DNA from: an uncultured Candidatus Rokubacteria bacterium
GTDB lineage: Bacteria; Methylomirabilota; Methylomirabilia; Rokubacteriales; CSP1-6
Direction of reading: 5' to 3'
DNA: 64,000 bases
NCBI GenBank assembly: GCA_963758635.1
Contig: CAVWWD010000007.1
Coordinates: 384,001-448,000, forward strand
Of the stretch, positions 10,579 through 20,145 are shown piece by piece (position 1 is the stretch's first letter; every line of letters begins with the position of its first letter). The position numbers and the translations under genes are program-made. The notes beneath the pieces are model-generated. The model worked only from the letters and a program-made list of their open reading frames with translations, had not been told where the DNA came from and did not search any database.

Positions 10579-11106
10579 TCACCTCTGGCCGGACAGGATG
10601 CGGAAGGCCTCCACGATCTGCGGCACCTGATCCGGACGGATCCCCGACTCGGGCATCCGCTGCATCCGCCGGATCGTCGCCACCTGCTGCGTCGGGGTCT
10701 GGAGCACGAGGCGGCTCAGCACCGCCTCGGTGTGGCAGCGGGTGCACTGGAGCATGGTGAGCGAGGCCTGGATGACCTGGAACTCCTCGGCGGGGATGTT
10801 CGCCCCGGGGTGCGTGCTCATGCGCGCGATCGTGTCCAGGATGGGCTGGCGCTCCCAGCCGAGCGCGGCGGCGAACCGGCGGTCGGTGTGGCACCGGCCG
10901 CAGCGCTGGTCGAGGATCTGCTGGATGCGCAGCGGGCGCAGCGCGGCCACGTCGTCCTTGGTGACCAGGCGGTCGGGCAGCGCGCGCACCTCGTTCCGCA
11001 CCACGAGCAGCTCGCTGATCAGGAACAGGGTGAGGACGAGGTTGACCGCGACGACCAGCGCCAGGACGAAGGCCAGCCGGGAGCTCAGGCCGGAGGGGGC
11101 CGTCAC
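10579..11106 (-). CDS. Membrane-anchored diheme c-type cytochrome
   Basis: N-terminal hydrophobic helix; CGRCH and CTRCH, each followed by an IxRM segment; GTG start overlaps the NrfD stop. Confidence 0.85.
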   Translation of the reverse strand: MTAPSGLSSRLAFVLALVVAVNLVLTLFLISELLVVRNEVRALPDRLVTKDDVAALRPLRIQQILDQRCGRCHTDRRFAAALGWERQPILDTIARMSTHPGANIPAEEFQVIQASLTMLQCTRCHTEAVLSRLVLQTPTQQVATIRRMQRMPESGIRPDQVPQIVEAFRILSGQR

Positions 11107-12278
11107 GAGGCGGCCTGCGCGACGGGGCCCGCCGGCGCGCGGGAGGCCTCCGGCTCGAGCGGAGGCTCCGTGTGGATCGGGAGCCACCGTACCAGGTAGA
11201 TGTACGCGAGGATCATCCCCGCCATCGCGCCCACCGAGATCAGCACCTCGGTGGGGGCCGGCCGGTAGCTCTCCCAGCTGTGCACCTTCATCGTGAGCAC
11301 CGCGGCGTTGAGCCGATTCAGCACCACCCCGACGACGACGCACGCCGCCGCCCCGCACATCGCCCACTTGCGGTGCTCCACGTCGGGCATCAGCAGGAGG
11401 GCCAGCGGGACCAGGAGCCCGACGAGCATCTCGAGCCAGAACCAGCGCGCCTCGAACCCGAACGAGAGCGCGGCGTCGCCCACGCCCCGGTAGAGGACGT
11501 CGCCGATCCGGAGCGCGAGGTAGGCGGCGACCAGCACGGTGAGGCCGCGCGCGAGGCTCCGCAGCACGTCCATGCGGGGCTGCAGCCGCAGGAAGTGCGT
11601 GGCGAGCGTGTGCTCGACGATCATCACCGCGGGGCCGGCCATGATCGCCGAGAACAGGAAGAACACGGGGAGCAGCTCGGAGTGCCAGAGCTCGTGGACC
11701 TTGGTGGGCAGCAGCAGCAGCAGCGTGCCCAGCGAGGACTGGTGGAGCGACGAGAGCGACACGCCGGTGATGACGATCAGGAGGTACACGGCGTTGATGC
11801 GCCGGACCGGCCAGTGCCATCCGAGCTTGGCGAAGACGAGCGGGCTGAATTCCAGCACGAGGACCGTGGTGTAGGCCACCGCGCAGAGCGCCACCTCGTA
11901 CATGGCCGAGGTGGGGGCCCAGGACAGGAACACCATCCAGATCATCCACGGCCGGCCGAGCTCCACCATCAGCACCGCGGCGTAGGTGACGTACCAGAGG
12001 AGGCCCACGAGGAGCGCGGCGCGCACGATGTGACGCAGCCCCTTGATGTCGAAGATCTCGCCCGCCGCGGCCATGGTGAAGCCCACGCCACCGAGCGCGA
12101 TCCGCGTCAGCATGTCGAAGCCCACCCACCATCCCCAGGGGTACGCCTGGTTGATGTTGGCGATGGTGGCGAGGCCCGTGGCGAAGCGGACGATGGTGGC
12201 GACCACGGCGGCCAGCACCAGCACCCACAGGGTGCCCAGGACCGGCCACGGCCAGCGCGGCCGCTCAGTGGTCGTCAT
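11103..12278 (-). CDS. NrfD/HybB-family integral membrane quinone-interacting subunit
   Basis: YPWGWWVGFD, ELGRPW, SAMYEVALC, LSSLHQSSLGTL, GVVLNRLN; about ten hydrophobic segments. Confidence 0.9.
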   Translation of the reverse strand: MTTTERPRWPWPVLGTLWVLVLAAVVATIVRFATGLATIANINQAYPWGWWVGFDMLTRIALGGVGFTMAAAGEIFDIKGLRHIVRAALLVGLLWYVTYAAVLMVELGRPWMIWMVFLSWAPTSAMYEVALCAVAYTTVLVLEFSPLVFAKLGWHWPVRRINAVYLLIVITGVSLSSLHQSSLGTLLLLLPTKVHELWHSELLPVFFLFSAIMAGPAVMIVEHTLATHFLRLQPRMDVLRSLARGLTVLVAAYLALRIGDVLYRGVGDAALSFGFEARWFWLEMLVGLLVPLALLLMPDVEHRKWAMCGAAACVVVGVVLNRLNAAVLTMKVHSWESYRPAPTEVLISVGAMAGMILAYIYLVRWLPIHTEPPLEPEASRAPAGPVAQAAS

Positions 12279-13079
12279 GCTCCTCGTGCTCGTCGTGGGC
12301 CCAGAAGCGGAAGCGGCGCTTGACGATCATCGCGATGACCGCCATCGTCACCCACACCGTGCCGAAGATCTTCGGCGTGAAGTGCAGGAGCTTGCTGGTG
12401 ATGACCGGCGGCGCCTTGTCGGGCAGGTTCGCCGGATAGCCGAGCTTCTCGAACGGGACCGACGAGAGGTGCAGGACGGAGGTGCCGCCGACCTCGTCGA
12501 GGCCGTAGATGTGGGGGATGTAGTGCCGAGGCGCGCTCGCGATGCGCCGCCGCGCCTCCTTCACCATGTCGTCCCGGTCGCCGAACGTGATGGCGCCGGT
12601 CGGGCACACCTGCGCGCACGCCGGCTGCTTGCCCACCTGGATGCGATCGGCGCAGAACGTGCACTTGTGGATGGCGGGCACGACCCGGTCGTAGTCGAAC
12701 TTCGGCACGATGAACGGGCACGCCTGCATGCAGTACCGGCAGCCGATGCAGCGCCACGAGTTGAAGACCACCGGCCCGTCGGGGGTCTTCGTGGAGCGCC
12801 GTGGTCGGGCACGCGGACGCGCACGCCGGATCGAGGCAATGCATGCACAGCAGGCGGCCGAACACCCAGTCGGGATGCCCGTTCGGGCCGGCCTCGACCC
12901 CCGTGAAGGTGATCACGGTGTAGTTGTTCGGGTCGAGATCGCGCGGGTTCTGGTAGCCCGGCGCCGGCGAAGAAGGTCGTGTCGTCGCCGGGGAGATCGT
13001 TCCACGCCTTGCACGCCACCATGCAGGCCCGGCACCCGATGCACCGGGTGTTGTCCTGGATCATCGCCTTCAGCGCCAT
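12265..13079 (-). CDS. Formate dehydrogenase Fe-S subunit (FdnH/HybA-like, frameshifts near 12960 and 12780)
   Basis: CIGCRACMVAC, CMHCLDPACASACP, CIGCRYCMQACP, KCTFCADR..PACAQVCPTGAI, YGLDEVGGT; C-terminal TM helix. Confidence 0.9.
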
Positions 13080-16000
13080 CAGGCGGCCCCCTTCCGGCGG
13101 ACGTCGCACGAGGAACGCCTTGAACTCCGGGATCATCGTGTTGGCGTCGCCCACGTGCGGCGTGAGCACGTTGGCGCTGTCGCCCTTCGCGAGGCCGAGC
13201 CAGCCCCAGTGCCACGGCACGCCGACCTGGTGGATGATCCGCCCCGTCACCCAGAACGGCTCGAAGCGGTCGGTCACGAGGGCGTAGGCCTCGTACGCCC
13301 CTCGCGCGCTCTCCACGATGACCCGGTCGCCGTTGGCCACGCCCTTCACCCTCGCCAGGTCGCGTCCGATCTCCACGAAGGCGTCGGGCATGAGGCCCGA
13401 CGAGCCACGGCATCTTCCGGCTCATCGCCCCGGTCTGCCAGTGCTCGGACACGCGATACGTCGTGGCCACGATCGGGAAGCGGTCCGGGCTCGCCGATGG
13501 CGTCCAGCCCGGGCGTGTTCCACACCTTGATCGACGGGGTCGTACTGGACCGAGGACATCGGGTTCTTGATCGGGCTCTCCACGGGCTCGTAGTGCTCGG
13601 GGAAGGGGCCGTCGGCCAGGCCCGGCGCGAAGAGGTCGGCCCGCCCCGAGGTGGTCATGATGAACGGGGTCGATCGCCTCGCGGCGGGCCGCCGCCGTCC
13701 GGCACGTCGCCTTCCCACTTCTTGTCCGCCGCGTTCCAGCGGATGACCCAGCGCCGCGGGTTGAACGGCTGGCCGGCGGGGGAGATCGACGCGCGGTTGT
13801 AGAGGATGCGGCGATTCGCCGGCCACGCCCACGCCCAGCCGGGATAGAGCCCGATCTTGTTCGGCGCGTCCGTCGGGTCGCGGCGCGCCGCCATGTTGCC
13901 CTCGTCGGTGTACGAGCCGCAGTAGAGCCAGTTCCCGGACGCGGTGGAGCCGTCGTCGCGGAGCTGGGCGAAGGCCGGGACCTGGCCGCCCGCCTTGAAG
14001 GCCCGCCCGTCCGCCGCGGTCACGTCCTTCAGGAAGCGGCCGTTGATCTCCTTGGCCACCGCGTGCACGTCGGCGTGCTCCGCGCCGTAGTCCCAGTGAG
14101 GTGCACGATGGGCTCGGGCCGCGCGCCGCCGCCGGCGTACGCCTTCTTCAGGGCTCGGGCCAGGCAGCGTCAGGATGTCGGTGTCGGGCAGGGACTTGCC
14201 CAGAGGCTTCGTGGCCGCGTACCGCCACTGCATCCAGCGCCCGCTGTTGACGATGCTGCCTTCCTTCTCGACGGCGCCGGCGGCGGGGAGCAGGAACACC
14301 TCGGTGCGGATGTCGGCGGGCTTCACGCCGGGCCGCTTCCAGTGGGCGTAGCTCTCGTTCTCGAAGAGGTCGGCGGCGACCATCCACTCGAGCTTGTCGA
14401 GCGCGACCCGCGCGAAGGTGGAGTTCGGCCCGCCCACCGCGGGGTTCTGGCCGAAGCAGAAGAGGCCCTTGATCTGCCCCGCGTTACATGGCCTCGAACA
14501 GCGCGATGTGCGAGTAGCCCGCGCCCTGGAAGCCGGCGCCGAGCTTCGGGAGGTAGTCGTAGGCGAAGCCGTTGGCCGCCGTCGCGTGATCGCCCCACCA
14601 CGCCTTGAGCAGGCTCACCAGGTAGGCGGGCGTGTGCTTCCACCAGTTGGCCGCGCGCGCGTCGATGGCCACGGGGACGACGCGGCGGAGGTAGTCGTCC
14701 ATCGTCCGGTCGGCCTGGACGGGCATCTTCATGTAGCCGGGCAGGCTGTCGAAGATGAGGCCCTGGTCGGTCGAGCCCTGCACGTTGGACTCGCCGCGCA
14801 TGGCGTTGATCCCGCCGCCCGCGATCCCGAGGTTCCCCAGGAGGAGCTGGAGGATGGCGTAGGACCGGATGTTCTGGGTGCCGTGCGTGTGCTGGGCGGT
14901 GCCCATGGCGTAGAGCCACGTGCCGGCGCGGTCGGGGGCGAACGTGGAGGTGAAGTGGTCGCAGACCCTCGCGTACGTCTCGGGCGGCGTGCCGGTGATC
15001 GCGCACACCGCCTCCGTCGTGTAGCGGGAGAAGTGCTGGCGCAGGAGCTGGAGCACGCAGCGCGGATGGCGGAGCGTCGGGTCCTGCCGGGGGCGGCCCT
15101 GCGCGTCCACCTCGAAGGCCCACGTCGACTTGTCGTAGCGGCGGGCCACCTCGTCGTAGCCCGAGAACAGCCCGTCCTTGAACTGGAAGTCCTCCCGCAC
15201 GAGGTAGGACGCCGTCGTGTACGCGCGCACGTACTCCCACTGCACGCGGTCGTGGGTCAGCGCGTAGTTGATCATGCCGCCCACGAACGCGATGTCGGTG
15301 CCCGAGCGCATCTTGGCCCAGACGTCGGCGATGTGGGACGTGCGGTTGAAGCGGGGATCGACCTGGAGCACGATGGCGCCGCGCTCCTTGGTCTTCCGGA
15401 TCCAGTTCATCGCGATCGGGTGGTTCTCGGCGGGGTTGCCGCCCATGATCATCACCACGTCGGCGTTGATCATGTCCACCCAGTGGTTCGTCATCGCCCC
15501 GCGTCCGAGGGTGGCCGCCAGACTGGCGACCGTGGAGCTGTGTCAGATCCGGGCCTGGTGCTCCAGGTAGACGATGCCGAGCGCGCGCATCAGCTTGGCG
15601 AGGAGGTAGCACTCCTCGTTGTCGAGCGCGGCGCCGCCCAGCGAGGCGATCGCCTCGGTCCGGCTCACGACGGTGCCGCCCGCCTCGAGCTGGAAGGTGG
15701 CGTCGCGGGTCGCCTTCACCCGCTCGGCGATGCGCGACATCATCCAGTCCCAGGACTTCTCCTCCCACCGGTCGCTCCCGGGCGCGCGGTAGAGGGGGAC
15801 CTTCAGCCGAAGCGGGTTGTTCGTGACCTGGGCGGCGGCGGCGCCCTTGCTGCAGAGGGTGCCCTCGTTGACGGGGTGGTGAGGATCCCCCTCGATGCTG
15901 AGGACCTTGCCGTCCTTGACCGACACCACCTGACCGCAGCCCACGCCGCAGAACGGGCAGACCGTCGTGGTCTCCTTGGCCCCCGCCGTCTTCGGGGCGG

Positions 16001-16100
16001 GGACGGACGCCGCCTCGGCGGGGTTCGGAACCCCGACGGCGCCACCCAGAGCCCCGATCTTGCCGATCGAGCCGAGGAACTGCCGACGTGTGGGGGCCAT
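13079..16100 (-). CDS. fdnG: Formate dehydrogenase-N-type catalytic subunit, selenocysteine-containing, Tat-exported (several frameshifts between about 13.1 and 14.5 kb)
   Basis: TRRQFL Tat signal, CPFCGVGCG..CSKG, EHQARI-UGA-HSSTVASL, GAMTNHW, GGNPAENHP, RGESNVQGSTD, WAWPANRRILYNRAS, TTYRVSEHWQTG, PHVGDANTMIPEFKAFL. Confidence 0.92.
15513..15531 (-). promoter_or_regulatory. Bacterial SECIS hairpin for UGA recoding in fdnG
   Basis: Minus strand GGUCGCCA-GUC-UGGCGGCC stem-loop, separated by 11 nt from the in-frame UGA (15543-15545). Confidence 0.85.
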
Positions 16101-16111
16101 CAGAAACCTGC

Positions 16112-16393
16112 CTACTTGCCTCCCGGATACTCCTTCAGCCAGCCCGCGTCCACGTCCTTGGCCTTGCGCTTGTCCTTCTCCGCGAGCAGCCACTTGCCAC
16201 GCTCGTTCAGGTCGTCGGCCTTGTACGTTTCCTTCTTCGGCATCGCCGATGCGTGGCAGTACTGGCAGTTCTGAGCGGGCATGCCCGCTGACTTCGCCTT
16301 CCCCACGAGCGGCGGGCTCGCCGCCGCGGGGAGCGTGGAGAGCGTCAGCACGGCACCCGCCACCATCGCGCTGATCATCGTCGTCCGGATCAT
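16112..16393 (-). CDS. Small periplasmic monoheme cytochrome c
   Basis: Signal peptide ending PAAA, single CQYCH, Lys-rich; GAGGAGG RBS upstream. Confidence 0.85.
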   Translation of the reverse strand: MIRTTMISAMVAGAVLTLSTLPAAASPPLVGKAKSAGMPAQNCQYCHASAMPKKETYKADDLNERGKWLLAEKDKRKAKDVDAGWLKEYPGGK

Positions 16394-16465
16394 CGAGTGA
16401 CCTCCTCGCCCGGGCCACCTCGGCCTCGGGCTTCTGTCGACAGGGTCATGGGGGCCCCGGGGTCA

Positions 16466-18717
16466 TTAGAAGCGGTACCCGAGCGTCACGGCCAGGATGT
16501 GGGCCGTGTAGTCCTTGATGTCGTTGCCGAGCCAGAGCGAGCTGACGCCGGGGACGAACGGGTCCAGCTGGTCGGTCCTCCAGTTGCTCTTCTCGAACAC
16601 CTCGAACGCGTAGGAGAGCGTGGCGTACCACTTCTTCCAGAAGTGGTACCGCACGGCGGCGTCGAGCCGGAACATGCTGTCCTCGGTCGCCGGCATGCGC
16701 TTGCCCTGGGCGGTCTGCTGCTGCGAGACGCTGCCGCTCGTCACCGCGCCGGGGTTTCGGGTGTGGAGCTCGCCGAGGGCGTACTCGTAGCGGGCGCCGA
16801 ACAGGAAATCGAGGACGCCGGGGATCGCGATGGCGCGGAGCCCCAGGTGGAACGCGTGGATCCGGTCGGCGTTCACGGTGATCCAGTCGAAGTCGGGGAA
16901 CATCGCGGGCGGACGTTTTCCACGGGCCGGCTGCGCGAGACCTGCTTCTGCATGATCGACTCGTAGTTGTAACCGGCGGTCACGGCGAGGCGTTCCGACG
17001 GCGCCCACGTGAGGTCGACGCCGGCCGTCCAGTTCTCGCCGCTCTGGAGCCCGAGCCTCGAGTTGTAGTAGTCGTCCATCCGGTAGCTGCCGGTGAGCGC
17101 GGCGGTCAGCCCGTCGAGGGGGGTGAACTCGAGCATCACGTCGACGCGCTGGCGATCCCGGTCGGACTCGTCCAGCTTCCGCAGGAGCGGCGACTGTCCC
17201 TGGGAGATCTGCGCCTGCTCCAGCTCCTCGAGCACGATGTGGGAGAGGCGGGCCGTCGTGTCGTACTCGTCGATCCGCCGGAACGACGGCCGGTAGGTCA
17301 GGCGGGCGACCAGCCAGTCCCACGGGCGTGACGTCCACCGCGGCCCGGACGAAGTACTCGTCGCTCCGCTGGACCTCGCGCCGGTCGCTCCGGTCCAGCC
17401 GCTCCCACCCGCCCCCGAGCCCGGCGGCCACCAGCGACCCGAAGCGCCAGCGGGCGTCGCCGTCCACGTTGTGCCGCGTGTACGGGTAGCGGGGCACGTT
17501 GCCGGGCTCGGTCACGAGCGTGCGGTCGCTCGTGACCGAGCCCGGCAGGACGAACTCGTCGGTCATGTCGTTGAAGTCGAAGAGGCGGTACTTGAGCGTC
17601 AGGGCCAGGGGGGGAAGCGGGCGGCTCGTGACGTTCGCGTTGAACGTCGTGACGCCGACCACCCCTTCCAGGCTCTTCTTGCGGAAGCACGAGCACGGGC
17701 GAGGCGAGCCCGGTGTTGATCGTGTGCGGCAGGAAGTCCTGGTCCTGGAAGCGCAGGCTGTAGGTGAAGTTCCCGGTGATGCGCGTGCGCCAAAACGGCA
17801 GCGAGACGCCGCCGGCGATGTTGAACGTGTGGGCGCTGTTGTCGGGGGCGAGCGAGGTGCGACCCTCGGTCGGGCCGCCGCCGTCACCGGCGCAGCCGAA
17901 TGCCGGCGGGAGGCCGGCGGGCGAGGCGCTGAGGCCCGAGCACGGGTTCGCCGAGACCACCCCGTCCAGGTCGTTCGTGAACAAGGAGAAGCGCATACCC
18001 CATGGTGAGCTGCCACGTTTCCCGGCTGATGACGGCGCGCAGCCGGAGGTCGTGGACGGTCTGGTTGATCGGCTCGAGGATCTCGTAGAAGTTTCCGCCC
18101 GGCGACCCGAACGCCATGCCCAGGGGGCGATCGCCGGACTTGTACGTCCGGTTGTACTCGGCGATGAGGTCGATGTCGGGGGTCGGCGTCAGCTTGAAGG
18201 AGATCTTCGCCTGGTCCCAGCGGGTGGCGACCTCGTCCAGCTCGGGCGCCGCGTTGTGCTTCTCCAGGGTCGGGCGGGGAGTGGGCAGGTCGAACACGCC
18301 GCGCGGCCCCTCGGTGGCGAGGAAGCGGGCGTTCGTCGAGAACGTGTGGGGAATCTGGTTCCACTCGAAGGACCCTTCCCAGAGACCGAGGCGCCCGGCG
18401 CCGAGCGAGTACTCCTGGTCCTTCTGCCCCCACTTCGAGCCGCCCAGCTCGAAGAAGAGCTGCTGGTCGATCGTGGACAGCCGGAGGTCCAGATGGTCGA
18501 GGAACGGCCGATTCGCGGGGAGATCCCGGTACTCCTCGAACTTCGCGCTCTCGCTCCTGGACGGCTCGCCGGGGAGGAGGCGGAAGCCGGCTTCGGCCTC
18601 GCCTTCCAGCACCCAGCTGCCGCCGAGGACGGTCTGCGCCGAGACGACGCGGGGCATCGACAGCGCCGAGAGGAACACCAGGACGAGGCCCGCGCGTCTC
18701 ATGGTCTTCATGGGCAC
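16466..18717 (-). CDS. MtrB/PioB/MtoB-family outer-membrane beta-barrel (frameshifts near 17995, 17685, 17320, 16915)
   Basis: SAKFEEYRDL, EILEPINQT, SLAPDNSAH, LLRKLDESDRDR, terminal VTLGYRF; directly downstream of a decaheme gene. Confidence 0.88.
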
Positions 18718-18721
18718 GCTC

Positions 18722-19699
18722 CTATCGGGTGAAGGCGTGGCCCGACGGATGGTTCGTCCCGTGAATGATCGCGTGGCAGCTCAGGCACGAGCGGCCCATC
18801 GTGAACTTCAGGTCACCGGTGGCGCGCCCGTAGGGGCTCGTGGGATGCCGCGTCTCGACGTGGCACTGCTGGCACAGGCGAGGCGCGTTCAGCGTGAGCA
18901 TCTTGGCGTGGTTGCTGCCGTGGGGGTTGTGGCAGTTGACGCAGCTCTCCATCACCGGCGGGTGCTCGTAGAGGAACGGGCCCCGCTTCTCGGCGTGGCA
19001 GGTGTAGCACGTGTCGTTGAGCGACGGCTCCTTCAGGAGGGCGGGGGTGATGGAGCCGTGCGGACTGTGGCAGGACGAGCACGACATCTTCCCCTCCAGC
19101 ATGGGATGGCGCGAGAACTTGGTCGCCGCCGCCCGCTGCTGGATGTGACAGGTGCCGCAGGTCTCGGTCTCGGTCGGGCGGGCGAGCTGCCCGCGGCGCG
19201 TGACGTTCTCCATGACCTTGTGGCAGCTCGTGCACGCCACGTCGCGCATCTCGTGAGCGCTGCCTTGCCACATCATGTGCTTGTCCTTGGTGTGGCACGT
19301 CAGGCACATCTGGTTGCGCTCGGTCACCGGGGTCTTGTCGTTCTTCGCGAACGTGATCAGGCCGCCCTTGCCCTTGCCGCCGCCCGCCTCCACGTGGGCC
19401 TGGCCCGGGCCGTGGCAGTTCTCGCAGGCCAGGCCTTCCTTCGCGTTGCGAGGACTGTGCAGGAAGAGGCGGCCCATCTTGGTGCTCGAGAACTTCTGGA
19501 ACGCCGGCTCGTGGCAAGCCTTGCACGTGTCGGCGCCGACGTAGCCGGCGGGGAGCGCGGCGGCCGCTGCCGGCGCGGCGGCTGCCGGCGCGGCGGGGTT
19601 CTGGGCGGGGGCCCGGGACGGGGCGAGGAGCGCGACGACCACGGCGGCGACAACGCCGAGGCCGGCGGTGAGACCGATCAGCTTGACCGCTCGAGCCAT
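18722..19699 (-). CDS. Decaheme c-type cytochrome, MtrA/DmsE/MtoA/PioA family
   Basis: Signal peptide; ten CxxCH motifs (CKACH, CENCH, CLTCH, CTSCH, CGTCH, CSSCH, CYTCH, CVNCH, CQQCH, CLSCH); CHAEKRGPFLYEHPPV and IHGTNHPSG signatures. Confidence 0.95.
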   Translation of the reverse strand: MARAVKLIGLTAGLGVVAAVVVALLAPSRAPAQNPAAPAAAAPAAAAALPAGYVGADTCKACHEPAFQKFSSTKMGRLFLHSPRNAKEGLACENCHGPGQAHVEAGGGKGKGGLITFAKNDKTPVTERNQMCLTCHTKDKHMMWQGSAHEMRDVACTSCHKVMENVTRRGQLARPTETETCGTCHIQQRAAATKFSRHPMLEGKMSCSSCHSPHGSITPALLKEPSLNDTCYTCHAEKRGPFLYEHPPVMESCVNCHNPHGSNHAKMLTLNAPRLCQQCHVETRHPTSPYGRATGDLKFTMGRSCLSCHAIIHGTNHPSGHAFTR

Positions 19700-19843
19700 G
19701 CTCGCACCCTCTGGTCAGGGACCCTGAGCGTGATGCGGGGAGGATCGGTCGCGCGCGCGACGATCGCTCCGTGGACGTTCGTCGGCAGCGTAGGCCACTA
19801 ACGGGCTCCAACACAATAGTTCAATTGCGTGAGCGGCTCGTCT

Positions 19844-19891
19844 TACGTCCTACGTCACCTCCTCGTACGTCAAACGTCGCCCTTATGTCAA
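19844..19891 (-). promoter_or_regulatory. Putative promoter/operator upstream of the decaheme gene
   Basis: Plus strand TACGTC at 19844, 19851, 19866, AACGTC at 19873 and TATGTC at 19884; minus strand TTGACA at 19886-19891; AT-richer intergenic patch. Confidence 0.5.
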
Positions 19892-19935
19892 CATCGACGG
19901 CCGCGGTCGCGCCTGACCATGCGACCCCGGGGCCG

Positions 19936-20145
19936 TCAGAAGAGCTTCTTCGCCTTCAGGTCGGCGACCACGGCGCCCAGGAGCAGCAGGAGGGCCGCCG
20001 CGACCATGGCCTGGCCGACGAACATGTACACGGTGAAGGCGATCGGCCCGTTCTGCACGAGCACCACCAGGGCGAGCACGCTGGCCAGGGCGGCCAGGAC
20101 GATGGCGATCCGGAGCGCGCGCGCGCGGCCGGGCTCGGGGCTCAT
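19936..20145 (-). CDS. Small two-helix membrane protein (69 aa)
   Basis: MSPEPGRARALRIAIVLAALASVLALVVLVQNGPIAFTVYMFVGQAM...KAKKLF; ATGA overlap with the NapC-family stop. Confidence 0.7.
   Translation of the reverse strand: MSPEPGRARALRIAIVLAALASVLALVVLVQNGPIAFTVYMFVGQAMVAAALLLLLGAVVADLKAKKLF

Noticed and set aside
15543..15545. fdnG as a nonsense-mutated pseudogene
   Set aside because: The UGA is at the catalytic Sec position and is followed by a SECIS-like hairpin.
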